A stretch of DNA of 64,000 nt from Octopus vulgaris (GCA_951406725.2 OX597816.1:50158001-50222000); one strand, 5' to 3'; positions 12,174 to 25,539 are shown, counted from the stretch's first letter. Made by a program: numbers and translations. The notes: a model not told the origin generated them from the letters alone.

Positions 12174-12460
12174 CCCCCCTCTCCCCCTCCTCACCTATCC
12201 TTTCCCCCCGACCCCTACTTCTTCAGTCCTTCATCCTTTCACCCCTACTCCCCTTCCCTTCTGCCCTCTTTCTCCCGCCCTCCTTCCCTCTTCCCCTTCC
12301 CTCTGCTCCCTCACTCCCTCACTCCCCTTCTCTCTCCCCCTCTCCCTCCTTCCTCCCCCTCCTCCCCTTCCTTCTCCCCTCCTCTCTCTCCCCCACCCTA
12401 TTCTCTTCCCCCCCTCTTCTTCCCCTCCCCTTCTCTCCCCCTCCCCCTCTTCTCCTCACT
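12152..12460. repeat. C/T-rich polypyrimidine tract
   Basis: About 300 bp of almost only C and T, with many C runs (G runs on the minus strand). Confidence 0.9.
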
Positions 12461-12499
12461 ACACCACACGACTTTACACATCACATCATATATGATGTG

Positions 12500-12832
12500 C
12501 CATACTAATACATACACCAACTAATACATACTAATACGTACTAATACATACTAATACATACTAATACATACACCAACCCTATACATACACACGTCCAGAC
12601 CTCTCATACGCACTTATACTCTCTCATACACACATACACACACTTATACATACTAATACGTACTAATACATACTAATACATACTAATACATACACCAACC
12701 CCATACATACGCACGTCCAGACCAATCCTACGCACTAATACTCTCTCATACACACACACACACACCCTTATACATACTAATACATACACCAACCCTATAC
12801 ATACACACGTCCAGACCCCTCCTACGCACTAT
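12500..12832. repeat. Compound minisatellite
   Basis: (CTAATACATA)n blocks plus the unit CACCAACCCTATACATACACACGTCCAGAC recurring at 12571, 12693 and 12787. Confidence 0.9.
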
Positions 12833-13121
12833 TAGCTGGTCCTTCAACCCTATTATCAACCCTATTATCTCCCCTTATTTCGCTCTCGCGTCTCATGTTT
12901 GATCTTTGACCTCTGGCCGAAATCAGATCGCCATGTTGATTCGTTAGCTACTGCACGCATTTTTTTTCTCTCCTTCTTTCTGTGTATCTTTCTGTTGAAG
13001 AGCGTAGGCTCGAAACGTTAAAGACTTGTTTTATTTATATTTCCTGAGCGCCATACTAATACAATTGTTCGTTTGTTTTCCACCAGCCTTCGTCTTTTGT
13101 CTATTTTCATAAAGCTTCCCG

Positions 13122-13161
<40 letters not shown>

Positions 13162-13899
13162 GTATTTGTCAGCATATATTTATGTGTGCATATAACTGCT
13201 TGTATATACGGAGAAATTTGCATTCGTTCGTCTCAGTAATGTCTTGCTCGTTTTCATTTTGTATGGATGTAGACTAGTGTATTCCTGTGCGTGCGTGCAT
13301 ACAGGCAACTACTAGCGTTAATTTGGTTGTCCTTATTCATTTCTTGATGTTGTTCCATGTTCTCATTCATTCCTCTTCTTTGTCATCACCTATGAGCTTT
13401 TTATTATTCATGTTTATCTCTCCTAAGGAATAGTAAATCCAGTTTTTGGTGCACCAGCTTCGCATCATGGACACCACAAAAATATCAACGCGATAACGTC
13501 ATACCGTAGCCAGTACAATCATTTGAGTATGCTGATTACGAAACGAAACCAATCCCCAGTCTAACACGCTAATATAAACGGTAAGAAGAGAACGGCATTA
13601 ATTTTTACTGATTTCAAACACCATAATTCTTTTTTAAATATTTTTGCTTGCCCGTATTCTTTTTCTTGTTTGGTTCTTTAGAATTCTCCCGTGGCAGACT
13701 ACTATTAACTTGCTAGTAACATGTATCGCATGAAAAGTACTCTAGGCAGCTGTGTGAAATTGATCATTTTGCGTAAGATGCACCCGGTGTACATTTGACA
13801 CAGCTGTGGTATTCGAATCCTGTCTCCATTCCTTTTGTTTACACACACAAACACACACATAAGAACACTCACACACACACGTGGCACACTTCTTATAAG

Positions 13900-14044
13900 T
13901 GCCATGTACGAAATACGCTCACGTGGATTTAGTTGTAGTGACGAGGGCTATAGCGGGAAACACATGCCCAAGATGTCACGCAGTGGCACTTATCTCGGAA
14001 TAATTTAGTCGGGAAGCAATTTTTTTAATGCATACCCACACCTG
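13900..14044 (-). mobile_element. Degenerate SINE head (family of 8576)
   Basis: GCTATAGCGGGAAACACATGCCCAAGATGTCACGCAGTGG is the reverse complement of the head/CORE segment. Confidence 0.55.
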
Positions 14045-14523
14045 AGTTAGTAATTAAACGAAACTTTAAAAAACGAAAGTTTAAGCAAGATTATAACTCG
14101 TGGCCTTTTGTATGTAAGGCATACGTTATAATCACTAAAGATGTAGATGAATATTATTAGCGCTACGTATGTCTGCTACCGTTTTCTTCTCTAAAGATTA
14201 CTTAACCAAGCCTACAAAACTTACACGCATATAACATTTCACTCACGCATCAAACTGGAAAACTATCGAAATGCAATCTATAGAATACTTAAAACAATGC
14301 ATTGCATACACACATTTCGTGACGGATACTCCTAAATAGATGTATATGAACTTACACGTACAAACCAACTACAAATTAACAAGGATTCAATGTAGCCCCA
14401 TGCATGTTCTACGTACACAAGCAGGCATGCTCAAATTTACAGACACACACAAACACACACACTTCACTCTCTCTGAAAGGTGTGCTATATATCTTAACCA
14501 TTGGTATTATCAGTAACTGAATC

Positions 14524-14562
<39 letters not shown>

Positions 14563-14573
14563 TATTATTATTA

Positions 14574-14619
<46 letters not shown>

Positions 14620-14620
<1 letters not shown>

Positions 14621-14755
14621 TTTTAAATACATATTTTATCTGTGAATTTGCGTGTGTAATCTGGGAATGCATAGAATGACCTTCTCTGCCCTAGGGGTAT
14701 GGACAACACTCGGCGAGAAACGGAAGAAAATTTGAAGAAAGAATGAAAAAACATA
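14620..14755 (+). mobile_element. 3' UTR end of an R4/Dong-like LINE
   Basis: Closely similar to 51205-51335, which follows RLE coding sequence. Ends in (TAA)n. Confidence 0.8.
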
Positions 14756-14765
14756 ATAATAATAA

Positions 14766-14827
<62 letters not shown>

Positions 14828-14846
14828 ATAGTAGTAGTAGTAGTAA

Positions 14847-14920
<74 letters not shown>

Positions 14921-14922
<2 letters not shown>

Positions 14923-16880
14923 CAGATTTATTTCAAGGGTACAGGTTAAAGAAAGTTAGTAGCTTACATAGGAGGTTGAGTGAACAACTACAGGATTGCC
15001 TTAAAGGATCAATAATTCTAGATTAGATGACTAGAGGCTGAACAATAATTCTTATGAAAGACAAAAGGATGGGTAATACAGCTAGCATTTATTGACCAAT
15101 CACTTGCTGAATATGTTAACAGGAATGTTCTCAGAATGCATATACGTGCAACTCGACAGCCAGAATTTGCTGCCGGGAGAACAAAAATGTTGCAGGAAGA
15201 AGGCTAGAGGAATGCATGGGCTATTATCCAAAGAAATATAAGTTCCAAACGAAGTAAAATATAGAAAGAAAAATTTTGCACTAGCATGAATGGATTTTAA
15301 GAAAGCCTATGACATTATTCAACACTCATGGATGTTTGAATATATTCAGTAATGCAGACAACATAAGACAATAAACTAGATTTAGCATGCAGAAATGGAT
15401 AGTAGATCACTGCTCAGTTGACAGAGCGTTATGGAGAGTTCATATCGAGAGGAATTTTCCAAGGAGACTCGGTATCCACATTAATATTTGCCTTATATTT
15501 AATTCCTCTAAGTTTTGTATTCAGGAAGGTAAAGACGGTGTATCGGTTCAGAAAGAGTAAAGGAAAAATTAATAATTTCTTCTACATGGATGATCTGAAG
15601 CTATTTACTGTGAAAAAAGAAATAGATAGAGTATTTAAATGCAAACGCTAAGATTCTTCAACAAAGATAAAGGAATAGAATTTGTTATATATACGTGTGC
15701 GATATTGGTGATGATAAAGGTGACAGGTAGTCATCAGTGAAGACATCCAATTACTAGATGGCCAGACATTAAAATCACTGAAAGGAGAGAGTTGTTAATA
15801 TCTAAGAGTATTAGAATCTGATAGAATACTAACTATAAATATGAAAACGAAAATGGAAATGGAGTACATCAGAATGGTGAGGAAGCTAATGAAGTGAAAG
15901 CCAAATGGCTCGAATCTAGTGAAGGCTGTAAATACTCGGCCAGTATCATTACTTAGATCCTCTGCAACATTTGTAGATTGGAAAAAATCTACATTAGCAA
16001 ATCTAGACAGAAGTACTTGAAAGGATTTCAATATGAATGGAAGATTTCATCCCAAATTATGCTTACTGAGAAAGTAACGTGGAAGAGAGTTATTATCAGT
16101 AGAAACTTCTTTCAGTAAGCAAGACCAGATATAGCTCCCTCTGTAGGCAAGAGCTGCTCGAGTCACAGTATGACAAAGGAAAATCACAAAGCCAAATGAA
16201 AATAAAAACCTGAAAAATCAACAAAGATTATCTGACTAGTTAGAGAAGGCATTGTATGGTAGATTCACAAAGACAGTTGCAGGAAATAGTAATAGTGAGA
16301 CATCGTTACGTTTGAAGAAACGCTGAAAAGCGAGACAGGATGTTTGTTCGTAGCAGCACAAGATCAAGTGTTTAAGAACTAAGTGGATAGCAGCCACTAC
16401 ATACAAAACCAAGTAGATACCCAAGGTAGGTTATGTAACTGCAAAGAGGAAAGTGTTAATCATATAGTAAGTGAAAGTAGCATGCTGGTACAGAAAGAAT
16501 ACAAGAAAAATATGACAACCCAGACAGAGTAATCCATTAGGGGTTATGTAGAAAGCTAGGATTTGATCATACTGATAAATGGTATGAACATGAACCTAGC
16601 AAACAACTAGAAAGTAAAAAAAAATATAATATATTGAGGAATTTAACAATCAGATAGACAAAGTAATGGAAGCTAAAAGCCTTATTTAGTAGTAGTAGAC
16701 AAAGAGAATAGAAAGTGCCAGATAATTGAATTTACAGTCCCAAATGACAAGGAAGGCAATGATAGGAATAGAGAAAATAGTAAAGTACCAGGACTTTCCC
16801 ATTGAGTTACAGAGACTTTGGAAAGTCCGGATAAAATAGGAATTTTCTTTTCGAACAATTTAATATGTTGTGCGCATATG
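14921..16880 (+). mobile_element. R4/Dong-like RLE non-LTR retrotransposon, decayed (RT, Zn knuckle, RLE)
   Basis: Motifs EQKCCRK, MDFKKAYDIIQHSW, RGIFQGDSVS, FYMDDLKLF, RLCNCKEESVNHIVS and LVVVDKENRKCQIIEFTVPND with stops and frameshifts. (TAA)n-type arrays on both sides. Confidence 0.9.
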
Positions 16881-16915
16881 ACATAATAGTAGTGATGATG
16901 ATAATGATGATGATG

Positions 16916-16982
<67 letters not shown>

Positions 16983-17076
16983 CAACAACAACAACAACAA
17001 AAAGAATGGTAACAAACCTTGGCGCAAGGCCAAGATTTTTGGGTAGTCAGTACCTCAATTACAACGACACCCACTG

Positions 17077-17139
<63 letters not shown>

Positions 17140-17199
17140 CGCTCATGCACTTCCGGATGTACAGAAATACATATCCATAGGGGTACCGCTCTAAGACAC

Positions 17200-17425
17200 T
17201 TGTAGTATATTGGTTTCAAACTTTGGCATAGGTCCAGATATCTCGGGCAAGTCAGTAAGTCGATTACATTAACCGCAGTGTTGAACATGTACTTATTTCA
17301 CCTATCCTGGAAGGATGAAAACGACAGTCGACCCACGCAGCATTGAAACTTCGAACGTAAAAACGGACAAAATGCCGCCGCAAAGCATTTAACCCGAGTA
17401 TTAACAATTCTGAATACTTGGCGCT
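17200..17425 (-). mobile_element. Degenerate SINE (family of 24992-25221)
   Basis: AAGTCGATTACAT...GTACTTATTT...GAAGGATGAAA...AGTCGACC is the reverse complement of the 25080-25160 core. Confidence 0.7.
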
Positions 17426-18049
17426 TTGTACATATAGGTTATTGCTTTTCTTTATTTTAAATCAAAACTGATTGAATGGAATTCCCCCCTTCATTACACC
17501 TGAATTTACTACTTATGTATAAAAGTGAGTAATTTTTCCTTTCCCCTTACATTACATTCTAAATGTCAAGAAATAGAATGCCGTTCATCACAATTCCATA
17601 GACCATCAAAACTAGTTAATTCCTCTCCGATTTGGGATGAGCTAAACAAGCGAATTAATGTGAAGTTAAGTGTGAGTCTGGTCATTCACAAGAAAGTTTG
17701 CAACTACAAACACATTTTGGCCTTATGACACCATCTGCAAAAAGCTGGGGAGAGTATTCACATTAACGTTCTCAGTAAGTATTATTGAAATGGTGTTACG
17801 AGGCCGAAATAAGTTTGGAGCTGTAAAATGGTGAGACTTAACTACATACATCCATTCATCTTTTAATTAATCTGCATATCAGATACTAGCTGTGTCTTTT
17901 TTTGACAAGAATTATTTATTAAATGTGATCAAATTTCTCTTAGATATGTAATACTAGTTAAAGGATTTTCTTTTTTGTTAATTAACTTACAGATGTTACA
18001 CCCCTCTTGAAAATAGCTTATTCACGCAGAAAATATTTTGTAGGTATCC

Positions 18050-18800
18050 CATATAAATTTCATCTATTCACTAAGAAATGGTGTGTTTGAATAAAATTCA
18101 GAAATCATGCTATTTATTTTTAGCGATTTGTCTCTTTCGTAGTGGTCATCCCTTTCTATATCTCGTTTTTGCATGACGTCATATTCTCTGTTGAGAGACC
18201 GAGTATTCCTTGGAAGGAAGTCTTAATGTAAATTACCTTGTATAACTAACATTTACAATCTGATCAATAAAATGCCCATGAAATATCGCAATGACATGCT
18301 TGGGATTGAGTGTTTAATCATACGCTGAATCCAATGAAGACAATTTGTAACTTTGTGTTTTGCAACGGGCAGAATAGTAAAAGTAACGTATAATTCGTGA
18401 TTTCTGTCGAAGACGTATTCAAGGCCATACCTCTGTAAGCTCTTTCAGGTAATATATCTTTCCTATGATCCTTTTCTTGTCCAGCAACGCGTATTTAATA
18501 TTGATTGTCATTTATTATTTATTTAGGCAATCAATTCGTGTATAAGTGGCTCACCTGAGATGAAATGAATCTGCAAGCGAGCCCTATCCGCATGTTCTTC
18601 AATAATACCTTTGAATTCTCCTTTTCGCGGGTATTCAAAAGAAATCGCATTTATGAGAGGACCATTTAGATTCTTGCTTTCATATTCTGGTAGATTATTG
18701 TTTACGAAGTTTTATGACTTGATCTCTCAGGATTTATGACTATATAATAATGGTGATGCCCAAAAGTATGTGTGCTTGTACGCCTATTAAGTTTTCGTTT
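18050..18800 (-). mobile_element. Very old RTE-like LINE remnant
   Basis: Weak minus-strand motifs resembling YLG.TI, W.AF and TWSL...Q..IER...RDK. Confidence 0.3.
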
Positions 18801-19436
18801 TCTTATTTTACAGGGTTCTTTTTGTTGTATCATCATTCTTCCTGATATTCTGGTTCCGTGTATCATAGACGTTACATAAGACTAATTTTCATAACTGTTA
18901 AGATGTTTGTTATTTTAGGATTCGTTTTCATTGTGTCAACACATACAATCCGTTCCCCTTCTCATTCCATCATAATGTGTTCACATCAATAAGAACCATA
19001 AAACCGAAGTAACAATAACAACGCATCGACATCAACAACGAAAATTTATGATCATAAATAATAATGATAATCTTAATTACCATGTTCTGACTATAATGAT
19101 TTCAAATAATAAATGGCTGCAACAAAAAACAATACATTCGAAGACAAAGAAAACAGCCACTTATTGTAAACAATGAAGTATTTACAACACTGTCTCTTAC
19201 TTCATAAGAGTAAAGAGACAACACAGGATGAACACACACCGACAAACATGTAATATGATGATGCACAAATACACACACACATTTCGCAGAAACCTCCACA
19301 CACAAACGCACACACGCACTCATACACTTACACTCACTCTCACAAACATATGTGTGCATGCGTCTATTAAGGGGATGATGCTAGGCAGTGCAAGCCGCCC
19401 TGTTATACATATATATATATGTAAATATATATATAC

Positions 19437-19493
<57 letters not shown>

Positions 19494-19525
19494 CACATAC
19501 ATATATATTATATATATATACCAGT

Positions 19526-19616
<91 letters not shown>

Positions 19617-19649
19617 CATATATATATGTATGTACACATATATATATAC

Positions 19650-19682
<33 letters not shown>

Positions 19683-20177
19683 CATATATATATACATGTA
19701 TATATATAATAAAATATTAAATATTCTCACACACATATACATTCTACATATATCGCATATATGTGTGCATATATACATTCATGTACACACCTATTGAGAT
19801 CTACCCATTCACACACACAGAAAGAGACAGACAGACAGAGACTGAAGAGAGAGCAAAGAAAAGATCATAATTAAAATCTCAGCCATCTTTTAAACCATTG
19901 GGAAATAAAAAAAACAACAACTTTTGGTTGAAATTGATAAGGAAAATAGTCTTTAGAATATCTAAAATCTATAGAATAAGCGATTTCGAGAAAAAATTGT
20001 ATGGATATACGTGGGTAATCTTCATATCTTCTAGCATTATTCAAATTCATCACTAAAAGACGAAAAGTCACAAAACACGTTTGTTTCACTTGAATTTAAA
20101 GGAACATCAACTTCACTGTGATTCTTGTATTAATGTATTTATGTTGGTATATATGTATGCATGTGTTTCACGAAAAT

Positions 20178-20845
20178 AGTCAGTGGTGTTCCGCAAGGCA
20201 CTGTTTTGGGATCACTATTGTTCATAGTAGTTCATAATGGCCCTTGCAGACCTGCCCTCAACCACACTGAGAGCCACGATCACAAGTTATGCCGATGATA
20301 CAAAAGTCTCACAGGTAATACAGAACCCTGAAGTCTCTATGCACCTGCAACGTGAGCTGGACGAAATATACAAGTGGGATGAAAAGAATAGCCTGCAGTT
20401 TAATGCTGAAAAGTCACAAGCCTTGTGCTATCAGCATGCAAAACTAAATGCAATACCCATTAAATACATTGGACCTGGGGAGATTGCAATTATGCATCAT
20501 TACATGAGTAATGATGCATAATTGCATGTGCATGCTGCTAAATGGCAATGAAATTCAGGCGGCTGACCGGATGGATTCTTAGAACATTTAGACCAAGGGA
20601 TCAGGAAACTATGACGGTCCTCTGGAGGACACTTGTCCTAAGTCACTTTGACTATTGCTCTCAGTTATGGTGACCAACCAGCGTCAAATTAATCTCAGAA
20701 CTTGAGGCAATCCAACGAAGCTAAACGGAGAAGATAGCCTCTATGCAGCATATAAGCTATTAGGAAAGACTCAAGAGATTAGGAATCTATTCCTTAGAGC
20801 TTAGACGAGAAAGGTATGCCATAACATACATCTAGAAAATCCTAT
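20178..20845 (+). mobile_element. CR1-clade LINE reverse transcriptase fragment
   Basis: SGVPQGTVLGSLLF, SYADDTKV, LQRELDEIYKW, GWILRTF, HFDYCSQLW and ERLKRLGIYSLELRRERY. Confidence 0.9.
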
Positions 20846-20995
20846 TAAGTTTGGAAACGAAATGTATTTTAATAAACACCTACTTTACAATTATCTAAAG
20901 TGTGCGTACATTTTTGGGAGACAACCTGTATGTATATATATATATACATATACGTACATACATACAAACATGCATACTCACACACATACATGCAT

Positions 20996-21530
20996 CAAGG
21001 GTGCGGTAAATAAATTGTCGTCTAAATTACGCAGAAAGGAAAATAATACTGACATCTCATTTTAACAGATATATTTACCAAAATTGCATAAAAATATTCT
21101 TGAAATGCTAAAGAGTAAATTTATTCAGTGCTATCGCCATTGGCTTCAACCACGGCCTTGAGAAGACTTCAGAATCCCCTGCAAATCTTCTAGACGGTCT
21201 GTGTTTCAGTTGGTGAATGCTGCCATAATCCTTGCCCTCAGTTCATCTTTGGTGTTACAAGCAGGTTTGTTGGTATCTCCCTGAACTGTGCGTCACACAT
21301 AATACTCAAGGTATTTGCAGTCTTGGAAGTTAGGTGGCCAGATGTTAGGGGTGATGTGGTTGCAGAAATTGTGTGACAGCCATGATTGGGTTCTCCTGCT
21401 TGTTTGGTATGCTTCAGAGTCCTGTTGCAAGACGTAGACTCTCCCAGCAGCTACCTTTGCACTTGTAGCACTACTACCTGTAGGAAGTAGTGCTACCGGT
21501 GCAGCACTACCTCCTACAAGCTTTCCATAG
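20996..21530 (-). mobile_element. DD37D (maT) transposon 3' remnant
   Basis: Reverse complement is homologous to 1860-2330 and 46670-47131. TIR GGGTGCGGTAAATAAATTGTCGTCTAAATTACG. Confidence 0.85.
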
Positions 21531-21989
21531 CGTTACTTATATATTACAAACATAACTAAGTGTGCCGTTCATTATGGTATAAATCTATTATTTCGGTAGA
21601 GAAATCGCAAGCTTCGAAGCAGTTGGCTATAAATATATTCTATGCTGAACAGTAAAAGAAATATTTACATCTGCTCTGCAGTTAACCAAGTACATTCTTT
21701 TTTCTCAGCCAACTATAGGTTTTGCTGCATTTGTTGTCAGTGTAAATTATAATACCAAAGTACCGAATATTCCATATTTGGTATTTATGAATATAATTAT
21801 TAACATAAATACTCTGGCTACGGAGTGTGTTGTAGCGATATTGCTTTAGCAATACCCTCTTATAGTATGGAAAAATAATTTTATAGTTACGCATCTGAGT
21901 AGTAAATGAATATATACGCAATGATTTATGTGTCCCTAATCGACATTTTTATTGGATTTTTGCCATTTAAGTAATTTGAAATATGTTTT

Positions 21990-22300
21990 ATTTATCAAGA
22001 ATTTAGTAGTAGTGCCTAGACTTGAAGAGAAGCTTCTCTTCATCTCTCTATTGTCACAATTTCTATACTTCTGAGAAAAATTCCATTCTCAGACATAATA
22101 TTTCATTAACAAGTAGAGCATTTCAAAAAGCGTTCTTGATATTTTTCATTTATCCAGAACGTTGACACAAGTTTTTAAAGGAGAATCGTTAATTTCTTCA
22201 GTTACAATACATAAATAAAAACAATTTATCAAATTACGTCTAACCGCAATTTTCACGGATTCTACAGTAAAATAATTAATGAAACCATTTAAACTCCCAA
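21990..22300 (-). mobile_element. Possible hAT (Charlie/ZBED5-like) C-terminal remnant
   Basis: The minus strand gives STFWINEKYQE and YV*E.G.FS (compare FW...Y..L and YLCE.GFS). Very decayed. Confidence 0.3.
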
Positions 22301-24809
22301 ATATGATTTCATATTAATCGTGTCTCTGGTGCGTCAACTTATTTTAAAGTAGCGGAATGCATTGTCTCGTTTCTTTTATGTTGCTTTGCTTTTTACTTGT
22401 CACTGTTGATTTTATTAAGTTTAATCAATTATTTTTTCAAGAGGGTTAATTTACGTCGATATTAGAAAAAATAGGAAAAATAAACGGTTTCCTCGCATTA
22501 ACTGCGTAGGCACATATTTCTCTAGTCAGAAAAACTTTTCATTCAATCAAGTATATCTTACCAATTAACAATATCGCGAGATATAAACATGCCGTTTATA
22601 AATTTAGAAAGTAATACAACTTTCGTAAGAGGGGACGACTATATTCACCGGTTAATATTTCTATATTTCCTGACTAAAACAGGCCGTCCAGTTTTTGGTT
22701 CATTCATGCTATCTCTACCCGTCCACGTTACACAGCAGTATGAAGTTATCTGAATATACCAGAATATTCTTGAACAAGGGTTGCTGTGTAAAATCTCTGT
22801 GTATATCGAGTATGAGAAACATGAATCATTATGAATACAAATGTTCGGCACTTATGTTGCCGTATTTATCATGTCTCTTAAACTCTAACGCTAACCTTAA
22901 TCCCAAAGTTCTGTGATTTATATATGCCCAAAAATATTACACCTACCACCAAAAGTATTTAGCAATTATTTAGTATTGATTTCTAAGCTACACAGATAAT
23001 CCGCATATTTTTTTTTCGAATTATATCAATTATATCAATTATATATTTTTTTTCGAATTATACTCAATTATATCAAGCCTTACGACTTAGTCGATCTTAC
23101 CTACGTCGTCAAACCCGGAAAATTGTACAATAAATTTTTAACATCGACTAGATTTGAAGTTAGAAGTAAAAGAGATAGAACTAAATAATTTGTAGCATTC
23201 TGAGGGACCTTTAACGGTTCTACCATTACATAACGTCGCTTAAAGTAATATCGGTAATATATCAGAAAGTCTATGTCAGGTAGATGTAATAATCTCTTCT
23301 TACGAACAGTATATGGCCTTCTAATTCTATAAACCAAATATTAATATCACTCGATATCAAGTTAAATGTACCATATTTATCTTTTGAAAAAAATGGTGCA
23401 AATACGTTTTCCCATATATAATTGACAATATTTCCATCTCTGGTGCCAAAGAAATATTATATAATATTATAAACTGATTATGTAACGGAGTTAAATATAA
23501 ATTAAATTAAGATCCATACAAATCTCCAGATATTTATTTTAAATTTCGTTTTTTACTTTATTCTCTCATTTTTTTCTGCTGAATTAGTTTCTGATATTCC
23601 GCGACGAATGAGGAACAGAATTACAAATGCAGCTTTATATTATAGAATATAATTTGATTTGGAATTTGAGGGAATTATTCAGTGATTGAGAAATCGGCTT
23701 ACTCATCAGATACTTTTATGTGGCTTTCTGTCATCTATGAAAGAAATTCTAGTAGGTGTAGATTTAACTAAATTTTTAAAGATTTGTTCATATTTGATTG
23801 AGAGTGAGCAGGCACGATGAATTCTATGAAGGCACAAACATACAGATATCTTGTGATTCACATATATATCTGCCAAGCACAGACGCACACACATATAGGC
23901 ATACATGAGTTTATGTCAGCTATTTTGTAATCCATTTTCATCTTCCATACAAGATTCAAACATCAAATATCACTTTCAAGGTTTATCTATTTCATTAATA
24001 TTCCATTTTATTGCTAGCTACATATTGGATTTATGTGCTGTAACGTTTGGAAATAACTGCAGAGAATTTATATTATCATTAGTTTTCAGGGTCTTCCCTA
24101 CCTCATCATTTGAAATAGAAGAAATAAGAATATATAAATGAATAATTATGAAATGACACAAGCCACCTCCTAAAAATATAAAAAAAATACTGCATACTTA
24201 TGTAATTCTTTATAATCGACTACACATCAAACGTAATGAGAATTCTACTTTTGAATATATTGCAAATCACACACTCATTTATCTTTGGGAAAAAGTTTTA
24301 AAATTGTAATTAAGGCAAATTTATTTTGAATTTTTTTTAAATGGCTTAGTCAACAAAATAATGCCATTATCATCCATAATATTTGCCACGGACAGCCAGA
24401 CTAAGAGTGACGACTGTTTACAAGGCTGAACTCCAAAGATTGTTGTCAAGGACCAAGTGGTGATGTTAAACGGAACCTCAAAATACATAAGCCAATACCA
24501 AATCATTTATTTCAAGGGGCTTCAACAGTCACTGCCATCAAATCTTCACACTCAGGAATGTCGCTGATCAATTTTCCACACTCACGCACACACATACGTA
24601 CACACGCATACACAGGCACAGTGTTTAAAGTAGAAACTTGGAGTGTCTTTTGCAATGTCCAAGCCAGAAAAGCTACAATATATTACCTAATAAATTGATA
24701 TGCTACTTCAGCAAATATTTACTAAAGCGAATATTGCAACCTGCAAGCTAATCTCTCTCTCTCTCTGAATTCTAAATGCACGCATATATATACATACATA
24801 GTGTAGTGG

Positions 24810-24991
24810 GTGCTTTTTACGTGCCACCCGCACAGGTGCCAGACGGAGCTGGCAAACGGCCACGGACGGATAGTGCTTTTTACGTGCCACCGGCACGGGG
24901 GCCAAGCGAGGATTGCAACGGCCACAATCAGATAGTGTTTGCTACGTGCCACAGGCACGGGGGCAAGACGAGGCTGGCAACGGCCACAATC
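24810..24991. repeat. GC-rich tandem repeat, 3 units of ~62 bp
   Basis: GTGCTTTTTACGTGCCACC.GCAC.GG.GCC...GGCAACGGCCAC units start at 24810, 24873 and 24935. Confidence 0.9.
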
Positions 24992-25218
24992 GGCGGCGAG
25001 CTGGCAGACACGTTAGCGCGCCGGACGGAATGCTTAGCGGTATTTCGTCTGTCGTTACGTTCTGAGTTCAAATTCCGCCGAGGTCGACTTTGCCTTTCAT
25101 CCTTTCGGGGTCGATAAATAAAAGTACCAGATTCGCACTGGGGTCGATGTAATCGACTTAATCCCTTTGTCTGTCCTTGTTTGTCCTCTCTATGTATAGC
25201 CCCTTGTGGGCAATAAAG

Positions 25219-25221
<3 letters not shown>
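24992..25221 (+). mobile_element. tRNA-derived SINE (second family), apparently full length
   Basis: GGCGGCGAGCTGGCAGA head, B-box GAGTTCAAATTCC, central GCCTTTCATCCTTTCGGGGTCGATAAA core, tail ...CAATAAAGAAA then (TA)n. Confidence 0.85.
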
Positions 25222-25284
<63 letters not shown>

Positions 25285-25286
25285 AA

Positions 25287-25493
25287 CGTGACCGCGTGTG
25301 TACCATTGGCGATTTTTTTCCTTAGTCTTCCCTTGTTTGGATCTTTCCTTTTCCTATGTTTCTGACGAAGAGTTCCGCTCAAAACGTTAAACCCTCCTTC
25401 TTTCTTTCTTTCTTTCCTGAGCGTCCAATAACACTGTACTTGTTCCACGTCCTCGCGTTGTTGTGTCTTCTCTTTGTGTTTTCATGTCTGGAT

Positions 25494-25497
<4 letters not shown>
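25287..25497 (+). mobile_element. PLE terminal fragment with minimal HHR (G12A)
   Basis: gttt-CTGACGA-A-GAG-TTCCG-CTC-AAAA-CG-TT-aaac at 25358-25392. Homologous to 63177-63370 (-). (TA)n on both sides. Confidence 0.8.

Positions 25498-25539
<42 letters not shown>

Larger units (their letters stand above)
11910..13122 (+). mobile_element. 5'-truncated Penelope-like element: GIY-YIG C-terminus, polypyrimidine tract, minisatellite, terminal repeat with HHR motif
   Basis: Uninterrupted frame [24 protein letters not shown]...VSRHF...[18 protein letters not shown] (to stop at 12173). HHR-like motif at 12987-13024. (TA)n on both sides. Confidence 0.9.

Noticed and set aside
12142-12495. 117-aa Pro/Ser/Leu-rich ORF
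   Set aside because: By-product of the polypyrimidine tract.
24810-24991. Regularly spaced repeats resembling a CRISPR array
   Set aside because: The whole unit is repeated with no unique spacers, the context is eukaryotic and there are no cas genes.
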